33,331 nucleotides of DNA, taken from a virus (taxonomy: Duplodnaviria; Heunggongvirae; Uroviricota; Caudoviricetes). Positions within the stretch are counted from its first letter, which is position 1; each line of letters starts with the position of its first letter. The DNA is taken from the IMG/VR virus record IMGVR_UViG_2703718780_000026; one strand, 5' to 3'. The notes beneath the pieces are model-generated. The model searched no databases. It was not told the DNA's origin and worked only from the letters and a program-made list of their open reading frames with translations. Of this stretch, positions 26,794 through 33,331 are shown in pieces. The position numbers and the translations under genes are program-made.

Positions 26794-27312
26794 ATGGCAA
26801 TGCCGCGCAAACTCAAGTTAATGAACGTCTTTCTGAACGGCTACAGCTATCAGGGCGTTGCAAAGTCCGTCACGCTACCAAAACTGACCCGTAAGCTCGA
26901 AAACTATCGCGGTGCGGGGATGAACGGCAGCGCACCGGTAGACCTCGGCCTTGATGACGATGCGCTGTCAATGGAGTGGTCGCTCGGTGGCTTCCCGGAT
27001 TCGGTTATCTGGGAGCTTTACGCCGCAACCGGTGTGGATGCCGTACCGATTCGTTTTGCTGGCTCTTACCAGCGCGACGATACCGGCGAAACGGTGGCCG
27101 TCGAGGTGGTCATGCGTGGACGTCAGAAAGAAATCGACACCGGCGAGGGGAAACAGGGAGAAGACACTGAGTCGAAAATCTCCGTGGTCTGCACCTATTT
27201 CCGGCTGACGATGGACGGTAAGGAGCTGGTCGAAATCGACACCATTAACATGATTGAGAAGGTGAACGGCGTCGACCGGCTGGAGCAACACCGCCGAAAT
27301 ATCGGCCTGTGA
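26794..27312 (+). CDS. FII: Tail tube protein FII
   Basis: 172 aa, the same as P2 FII; AGGAG RBS. Confidence 0.88.
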   Translation: MAMPRKLKLMNVFLNGYSYQGVAKSVTLPKLTRKLENYRGAGMNGSAPVDLGLDDDALSMEWSLGGFPDSVIWELYAATGVDAVPIRFAGSYQRDDTGETVAVEVVMRGRQKEIDTGEGKQGEDTESKISVVCTYFRLTMDGKELVEIDTINMIEKVNGVDRLEQHRRNIGL

Positions 27313-27368
27313 TTTTCATCCGGTCAGCCAGGCTGACCGGTTAACCCTGATTCAGAAGTGAGAAAACC

Positions 27369-27644
27369 ATGAATAAAGAAAATGTCATTACCCTGGAAAA
27401 TCCGGTCAAGCGTGGTGAGCAGGTCATCGAACAGGTCACGCTGATGAAACCCAGTGCCGGGACGCTGCGCGGTGTCAGTCTGGCAGCGGTCGCGAACTCC
27501 GAAGTCGATGCACTGATTAAGGTGCTGCCGCGCATGACGGCACCGATGCTGACCGAGCAGGAGGTCGCCGCACTGGAACTGCCTGACCTTGTGGCGCTGG
27601 CCGGTAAGGTGGTCGGTTTTTTGTCGCCGAACTCGGTGCAGTGA
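27369..27644 (+). CDS. E: Tail assembly chaperone E
   Basis: 91 aa, the same as P2 E; immediately upstream of the tape measure gene. Confidence 0.8.
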   Translation: MNKENVITLENPVKRGEQVIEQVTLMKPSAGTLRGVSLAAVANSEVDALIKVLPRMTAPMLTEQEVAALELPDLVALAGKVVGFLSPNSVQ

Positions 27645-27796
27645 CGTTTCCGAAAAATCTCTCGGTCGATGACCTGATGGCGGATGTGGCAGTGGTATTT
27701 CACTGGCCGCCATCAGAACTGTATCCCATGAGCCTGACCGAACTCATCACATGGCGCGAAAAGGCGCTCAGGCGAAGCGGAAACACGAATGAGTAA
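27369..27796 (+). CDS. E': Tail assembly chaperone E+E' (-1 programmed frameshift product)
   Basis: A T-run slippery site (27617-27622, then G) lies near the E 3' end. The -1 frame is open from the slip site to a TAA at 27794-27796 and overlaps the T start; verified codon by codon. Confidence 0.6.
27617..27623 (+). other. Slippery heptamer T TTT TTG for the E/E' -1 frameshift
   Basis: GGTTTTTTG read at 27615-27623; the P2 E/E' and lambda G/GT arrangement is established knowledge. Confidence 0.6.
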
Positions 27797-30236
27797 CAAT
27801 GTAAAATTACAGGTATTGCTCAGGGCTGTTGACCAGGCATCCCGCCCGTTTAAATCCATCCGCACAGCGAGCAAGTCGCTGTCGGGGGATATCCGGGAAA
27901 CACAAAAATCACTGCGCGAGCTGAACGGTCATGCATCCCGTATTGAGGGATTCCGCAAGACCAGTGCACAGCTCGCCGTGACTGGTCATGCACTTGAAAA
28001 GGCACGGCAGGAGGCCGAAGCCCTTGCCACACAGTTTAAAAACACCGAGCGTCCGACCCGTGCTCAGGCGAAAGTGCTGGAATCCGCAAAGCGAGCAGCG
28101 GAGGACTTACAGGCGAAATATAACCGCCTGACGGATTCCGTTAAACGCCAGCAGCGGGAACTGGCTGCTGTGGGAATTAATACCCGCAATCTTGCACATG
28201 ATGAGCAGGGGCTGAAAAACCGTATCAGTGAAACCACCGCACAGCTTAACCGGCAGCGTGACGCGCTGGCGCGTGTCAGTGCGCAACAGGCAAAACTTAA
28301 CGCAGTCAAACAGCGTTATCAGGCCGGAAAGGAACTGGCCGGAAAAATGGCTTCAGTCGGCGCTGCCGGTGTGGGGATTGCGGCGGCGGGAACGATGGCC
28401 GGAGTTAAGTTGCTGATGCCCGGTTATGAGTTTGCGCAGAAAAACTCAGAATTGCAGGCTGTGCTCGGTGTGGCAAAAGACTCCGCCGAAATGGCCGCGC
28501 TACGCAAGCAGGCGCGCCAGCTCGGCGACAATACCGCAGCCTCGGCAGATGATGCAGCCGGTGCGCAGATTATTATTGCGAAAGCGGGTGGAGATGCTGC
28601 GGCTATTCAGGCGGCAACGCCGGTCACGCTGAATATGGCACTGGCGAATCAGCGGTCGATGGAAGAAAACGCGCAACTGTTGCTGGGGACTAAGGCATCC
28701 TTTCAACTGTCAAATGATGATGTCAGCCATGTGGGCGACGTATTGTCGGCAACGATGAATAAGTCGGCGGCTGATTTTCAGGGACTCAGTGATGCACTGA
28801 CTTACCTCGGGCCGGTTGCGAGGACGGCAGGTGTAAGTCTTGAGCAGGCAGCGGCCATGACAGGTGTGCTGCATGACAATAACATCAGGGGGTCAATGGC
28901 GGGTACGGGTAGCAGTGCCGTTGTCACCCGATTACAGGCACCGACTGGAAAAGCATGGGATGCACTCAAAGAGCTTGGCGTTAAAACCTCGGACAAAAAG
29001 GGAAATATGCGTCCGTTGTTCACCATTCTGAAAGAGATTCAGGCCAGCTTTGATAAACACAAGCTGGGAACGTCTCAGAAGGGGGAATACCTTAAAACCA
29101 TTTTTGGTGAGGAAGCCCTGAAATCAGCGAACGTTTTACTGGCAGCGGCTGCAAGCGGAAAGCTGGATAAGCTGACCGCCACGCTGAAAGCCTCGGACGG
29201 TAAAACGGAAGAGCTGGTTAAAATCATGCAGGATAACCTCGGCGGTGACTTTAAGGCGTTTCAGTCCGCTTATGAGGCGGTGGGGACAGACCTGTTTGAC
29301 CAGCAGGAAGGCGCACTGCGTAAGCTCACGCAGACGGCCACAAAGTATGTGTTAAAACTCGACGGCTGGATACAGAAAAACAAATCACTGGCGTCAACCA
29401 TTGGCCTCATTGCCGGTGGCGCGCTGGCGCTGACTGGCATCATCGGTGCAATTGGTCTTGTAGCCTGGCCGGTTATCACCGGCATCAATGCCATCATCGC
29501 GGCAGCAGGCGCAATGGGGGCAATTTTCACGACGGTTGGCAGTGCTGTTATGACGGCCATCGGGGCGATTAGCTGGCCGGTTGTGGCCGTGGTGGCCGCC
29601 ATTGTCGCCGGGGCGTTACTTATCCGTAAATACTGGGAGCCTGTCAGCGCATTCTTTGGCGGTGTGGTTGAAGGGCTGAAAGCGGCATTTGCGCCGGTGG
29701 GAGAACTGTTCACGCCACTTAAGCCGGTGTTTGACTGGCTGGGTGAAAAGTTACAGGCCGCGTGGCAGTGGTTTAAAAACCTGATTGCCCCGGTCAAAGC
29801 CACCCAGGACTCTCTAAACCGTTGCCGTGACACGGGCGTCATTTTCGGGCAGGCACTGGCTGACGCGCTGATGCTGCCGCTTAATGCGTTCAACAAACTG
29901 CGCAGCGGCATTGACTGGGTACTGGAAAAGCTCGGGGTCATCAACAAAGAGTCAGACACACTTGACCAGACCGCCGCCAGAACTCATACCGCCACATATG
30001 GCACCGGTGGTTATATTCCGGCGACCAGCTCTTATGCAGGCTATCAGGCTTATCAGCCGGTTACGGCACCGGCTGGCCGCTCTTATGTAGACCAGAGTAA
30101 AAACGAATATCACATTAACCTGACGGGTGGTTCTGCGCCGGGAACACAGCTTGACCGCCAGTTACAGGATGCGCTCGAAAAATACGAGCGGGATAAACGT
30201 GCGCGCGCCCGTGCCAGCATGATGCATGACGGTTAA
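27789..30236 (+). CDS. T: Tail tape measure protein T
   Basis: 815 aa, the same as P2 T; Ala/Gly-rich hydrophobic central region. Confidence 0.88.
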   Translation: MSNNVKLQVLLRAVDQASRPFKSIRTASKSLSGDIRETQKSLRELNGHASRIEGFRKTSAQLAVTGHALEKARQEAEALATQFKNTERPTRAQAKVLESAKRAAEDLQAKYNRLTDSVKRQQRELAAVGINTRNLAHDEQGLKNRISETTAQLNRQRDALARVSAQQAKLNAVKQRYQAGKELAGKMASVGAAGVGIAAAGTMAGVKLLMPGYEFAQKNSELQAVLGVAKDSAEMAALRKQARQLGDNTAASADDAAGAQIIIAKAGGDAAAIQAATPVTLNMALANQRSMEENAQLLLGTKASFQLSNDDVSHVGDVLSATMNKSAADFQGLSDALTYLGPVARTAGVSLEQAAAMTGVLHDNNIRGSMAGTGSSAVVTRLQAPTGKAWDALKELGVKTSDKKGNMRPLFTILKEIQASFDKHKLGTSQKGEYLKTIFGEEALKSANVLLAAAASGKLDKLTATLKASDGKTEELVKIMQDNLGGDFKAFQSAYEAVGTDLFDQQEGALRKLTQTATKYVLKLDGWIQKNKSLASTIGLIAGGALALTGIIGAIGLVAWPVITGINAIIAAAGAMGAIFTTVGSAVMTAIGAISWPVVAVVAAIVAGALLIRKYWEPVSAFFGGVVEGLKAAFAPVGELFTPLKPVFDWLGEKLQAAWQWFKNLIAPVKATQDSLNRCRDTGVIFGQALADALMLPLNAFNKLRSGIDWVLEKLGVINKESDTLDQTAARTHTATYGTGGYIPATSSYAGYQAYQPVTAPAGRSYVDQSKNEYHINLTGGSAPGTQLDRQLQDALEKYERDKRARARASMMHDG

Positions 30237-30250
30237 GGAGGTGACGAAAA

Positions 30251-30730
30251 ATGATGCTCGCGTTAGGTATGTTTGTTTTTATGCGCCAGACGCTGCCACA
30301 CCAGACCATGCAGCGTGAATCAGATTATCGCTGGCCGTCAAATTCCCGTATCGGTAAACGGGATGCCTACCAGTTTCTCGGTGTTGGCGAGGAAAACATG
30401 ACGCTTGCCGGTGTGCTTTATCCCGAACTGACCGGCGGCAAGCTGACGATGACCACGCTCAGGATGATGGCTGAGGAAGGCCGGGCGTGGCCGTTGCTGG
30501 ATGGCACCGGCATGATTTACGGCATGTATGTCATCAGCAGGGTGAGTGAAACAGGGAGTATTTTCTTTGCAGACGGCACACCCCGGAAAATTGATTTTAC
30601 GCTGTCGCTCACCCGCGTTGATGAATCACTGGCCGCGCTTTATGGCGATATCGGTAAACAGGCGGAGTCGCTCATCGGTAAGGCTGGCAGTATGGCGACC
30701 AGATTCACGGGTATGACGGGGGCAGGATAA
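30251..30730 (+). CDS. U: Tail protein U
   Basis: 159 aa, the same as P2 U. Confidence 0.85.
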   Translation: MMLALGMFVFMRQTLPHQTMQRESDYRWPSNSRIGKRDAYQFLGVGEENMTLAGVLYPELTGGKLTMTTLRMMAEEGRAWPLLDGTGMIYGMYVISRVSETGSIFFADGTPRKIDFTLSLTRVDESLAALYGDIGKQAESLIGKAGSMATRFTGMTGAG

Positions 30731-31893
30731 TGCTGGATGCGCTGACATTTGATGCAGGCAGTACGCTGACGCCGGATTACATGCTGATGCTCGACAGCAG
30801 GGATATTACCGGCAATATCAGCGACCGTCTGATGAGCATGACCCTGACGGATAACCGGGGCTTTGAGGCTGACCAGCTTGATATTGAACTGAACGATGCC
30901 GACGGGCAGGTCGGGCTGCCGGTTCGTGGCGCTGTCCTGACGGTGTATATCGGCTGGAAAGGTTTTGCCCTGGTATGCAAAGGGAAATTTACCGTTGATG
31001 AGGTTGAACACCGGGGCGCACCGGATGTGGTCACCATCCGCGCCCGGAGTGCAGATTTTCGCGGGACGCTCAATTCCCGCCGTGAAGGCTCCTGGCATGA
31101 CACCACGCTCGGTGCGATTGTTGAGGCGATAGCCTCCCGTAACAGGCTGGAAGCCAGTGTCGCTCCGTCACTGGCCGGAATTAAAATCCCGCACATCGAC
31201 CAGTCGCAGGAGTCTGATGCAAAATTCCTGACCCGCCTTGCTGAACGCAACGGCGGTGAGGTGTCGGTAAAAATGGGAAAACTGTTGTTTCTCAAAGCGG
31301 GGCAGGGGGTGACGGCCAGCGGTAAAAAAGTCCCGCAGGTCACCATAACCCGCAGCGACGGCGACCGCCATCATTTTGCGATTGCTGACCGTGGAGCCTA
31401 TACCGGCGTAACGGCAAAGTGGTTACACACCAAAGACCCGAAGCCGCAAAAGCAGAAGGTAAAACTGAAACGCAAAAAGAAAGAGAAACACCTGCGCGCA
31501 CTGGAGCACCCGAAAGCGAAACCAGTCACGCAGAAGAAAGCGCCAAAAGTACCGGAAGCGCGCGAAGGTGAATACATGGCCGGTGAGGCTGACAACGTTT
31601 TTGCACTGACCACGGTATATGCCACGAAAGCACAGGCCATGCGCGCCGCTCAGGCGAAGTGGGATAAACTGCAACGGGGTGTGGCGGAGTTCTCCATCAG
31701 CCTGGCTACCGGTCGGGCAGATATTTACACGGAAACACCGGTTAAAGTGTCAGGCTTTAAGCGCGTCATAGACGAGCAGGACTGGACAATCACTAAGGTG
31801 ACACATTTTCTGAATAATAGCGGCTTCACGACGTCCTTAGAGCTTGAGGTCAGGCTTTCTGATGTGGAGTACGAAACCGAAGATGATGAGTGA
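30730..31893 (+). CDS. D: Tail protein D (late control D)
   Basis: 387 aa, the same as P2 D; overlaps the U stop. Confidence 0.85.
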   Translation: MLDALTFDAGSTLTPDYMLMLDSRDITGNISDRLMSMTLTDNRGFEADQLDIELNDADGQVGLPVRGAVLTVYIGWKGFALVCKGKFTVDEVEHRGAPDVVTIRARSADFRGTLNSRREGSWHDTTLGAIVEAIASRNRLEASVAPSLAGIKIPHIDQSQESDAKFLTRLAERNGGEVSVKMGKLLFLKAGQGVTASGKKVPQVTITRSDGDRHHFAIADRGAYTGVTAKWLHTKDPKPQKQKVKLKRKKKEKHLRALEHPKAKPVTQKKAPKVPEAREGEYMAGEADNVFALTTVYATKAQAMRAAQAKWDKLQRGVAEFSISLATGRADIYTETPVKVSGFKRVIDEQDWTITKVTHFLNNSGFTTSLELEVRLSDVEYETEDDE

Positions 31894-31974
31894 TGTTTTT
31901 ATTTTATCTATTTGTTTTATAAGGATAAATTAACTAAAATGGCACTATCAACAAAACCGGAAGAGGTGCTCGCG

Positions 31975-32193
31975 ATGTTTCATTGTCCTTTATGCCAGCA
32001 TGCCGCACATGCGCGTACAAGCCGCTATATCACTGACACGACAAAAGAGCGTTATCACCAGTGTCAGAACGTGAATTGCAGCGCCACGTTCATCACTTAT
32101 GAGTCGGTACAGCGATACATCGTGAAGCCGGGAGAAGTCCACGCCGTAAGGCCGCACCCGTTACCATCAGGACAGCAAATTATGTGGATGTGA
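31975..32193 (+). CDS. ogr: Late-gene transcription activator Ogr (C4 zinc finger)
   Basis: ATG at 31975 gives 72 aa (MFHCPLCQHAAHARTSRYITDTTKERYHQCQNVNC...), which matches P2 Ogr as I recall it, with CxxC...CxxxxC. Last phage gene before the host junction. Confidence 0.85.
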   Translation: MFHCPLCQHAAHARTSRYITDTTKERYHQCQNVNCSATFITYESVQRYIVKPGEVHAVRPHPLPSGQQIMWM

Positions 32194-32203
32194 TCACAAA
32201 AAT

Positions 32204-32230
32204 AGCCCCTCAGTTGAGGGGCTTATTTAT
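32204..32230 (+). terminator. Rho-independent terminator after ogr
   Basis: Hairpin AGCCCCTC-agtt-GAGGGGCT followed by a T-rich tract (TATTTAT). Confidence 0.55.
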
Positions 32231-32235
32231 GGTCG

Positions 32236-32254
32236 ATGTGGACGCTATGTGGAC
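32236..32254. promoter_or_regulatory. Tandem direct repeats ATGTGGAC x2 (11-bp phasing); candidate integrase arm-type sites in attR
   Basis: ATGTGGAC at 32236-32243 and 32247-32254, between the ogr terminator and the host gene. P2-type integrases bind direct-repeat arm sites (established knowledge); the assignment here is inference. Confidence 0.3.
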
Positions 32255-32320
32255 AGTGCTTGATATAAATCCTTTTATATCATCAGGTTAGGTGCTTTTT
32301 TGTGACACCATCCCTGTCTT

Positions 32321-32347
32321 CCCCCACATGATGTGGGGGTTTTTTTT
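32321..32347 (+). terminator. Strong hairpin terminator (9-bp perfect stem CCCCCACAT-g-ATGTGGGGG plus T8), probably host-derived or att-core associated
   Basis: Read directly. It is redundant with the ogr terminator, so it probably belongs to the 3' end of the upstream host transcript duplicated or retained at the attachment site. Confidence 0.55.
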
Positions 32348-32428
32348 ATCCTCAATTTGCCTGCTGCTTAATGCATTGCAGATGATTTGCTTCCGTTATA
32401 CTAGCGTCAGTTGATAGCGGGAGTATTT

Positions 32429-33331
32429 ATGAATCAATCTTATGGACGGCTGGTCAGTCGGGCGGCGATTGCTGCGACGGCGATGGCTTCGTTGCTATTG
32501 CTGATTAAAATTTTTGCATGGTGGTATACCGGGTCGGTGAGTATTCTCGCCGCGCTGGTGGATTCGCTGGTGGATATCGGCGCGTCGTTGACGAATTTAC
32601 TGGTGGTGCGATATTCCCTGCAACCTGCCGACGATAATCACTCGTTTGGTCACGGTAAAGCAGAGTCCCTCGCGGCGCTGGCGCAAAGTATGTTTATCTC
32701 CGGTTCGGCACTATTCCTGTTTTTGACGGGTATTCAACATCTGATATCTCCAACACCGATGACAGATCCAGGCGTCGGGGTTATCGTGACAATTGTGGCG
32801 CTAATTTGTACGATTATCCTTGTCTCGTTTCAGCGTTGGGTGGTGCGCCGGACGCAAAGCCAGGCGGTGCGGGCTGATATGCTACATTACCAGTCTGATG
32901 TTATGATGAACGGCGCAATTCTGCTGGCGCTGGGGTTGTCCTGGTACGGCTGGCATCGCGCCGATGCTCTGTTTGCATTGGGAATCGGCATCTATATTTT
33001 ATATAGCGCGTTACGCATGGGATATGAGGCGGTACAGTCATTACTGGATCGCGCATTGCCTGATGAGGAACGGCAAGAAATTATTGATATCGTGACTTCC
33101 TGGCCGGGTGTTAGCGGCGCTCACGATCTTCGCACGCGGCAGTCAGGGCCGACCCGCTTTATTCAGATTCATTTGGAAATGGAAGACTCTCTGCCTTTGG
33201 TTCAGGCACATATGGTGGCGGATCAGGTAGAGCAGGCTATTTTACGGCGTTTTCCGGGATCGGATGTAATTATCCATCAGGACCCCTGTTCCGTCGTACC
33301 CAGGGAGGGTAAACGGTCTATGCTTTCATAA
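32429..33331 (+). CDS. fieF: Cation diffusion facilitator family ferrous-iron/zinc efflux transporter FieF (YiiP)
   Basis: 300 aa starting [51 protein letters not shown], which matches enterobacterial FieF as I recall it; CDF motifs and multiple TM segments. The tracker's start at 32411 is a TTG extension. Confidence 0.9.

Noticed and set aside
29270-29959. 229-aa minus-strand ORF inside the tape measure gene T, and similar ones inside D (30777-31346) and FI (25819-26505)
   Set aside because: Antisense to well-supported structural genes of the expected P2 lengths; low-complexity Ala/Ser/Thr-rich translations typical of spurious frames.

Overview
The window is almost entirely a near-complete P2-like (Peduovirus-type) temperate prophage (about 1-32350) in the canonical integrated order int-C-cox-B-A / cargo / cos / Q-P / O-N-M-L-X / lysis (Y-K-lysA-lysB-lysC) / R-S-V-W-J-I-H-G / cargo / FI-FII-E-E'-T-U-D-ogr, followed by the host cation-efflux gene fieF (32429-33331). 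Gene calls rest on synteny, protein lengths and motifs read from the ORF track and sequence, and on recollection of phage P2; no database search was possible. All core phage genes look intact by length. The backbone is interrupted by two visibly AT-rich cargo loci at the positions where P2 carries tin/old and Z/fun. (i) 6459-9802: a C5-cytosine DNA methyltransferase whose stop codon overlaps, tail-to-tail, a two-gene minus-strand operon encoding a 243-aa protein with a C-terminal R-N-x3-H (HEPN-like) motif and a standalone DUF262/ParB-like protein with no DUF1524/HNH partner. This is the best candidate for an undescribed anti-phage module in the window. (ii) 24446-25590: a single AT-rich gene for a 197-aa protein with an N-terminal membrane anchor. 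Other readable features: a P2/P4-type cos sequence, the Pe promoter with direct-repeat operators in the C/cox switch, a 132-bp tandem repeat (about 3.5 copies) in tail fibre gene H, the E/E' -1 frameshift site, nested lysB/lysC spanin genes, and an attR-side junction with tandem 8-bp repeats and a strong hairpin terminator upstream of fieF. Start codons were refined by eye because the ORF track also uses TTG/GTG starts.
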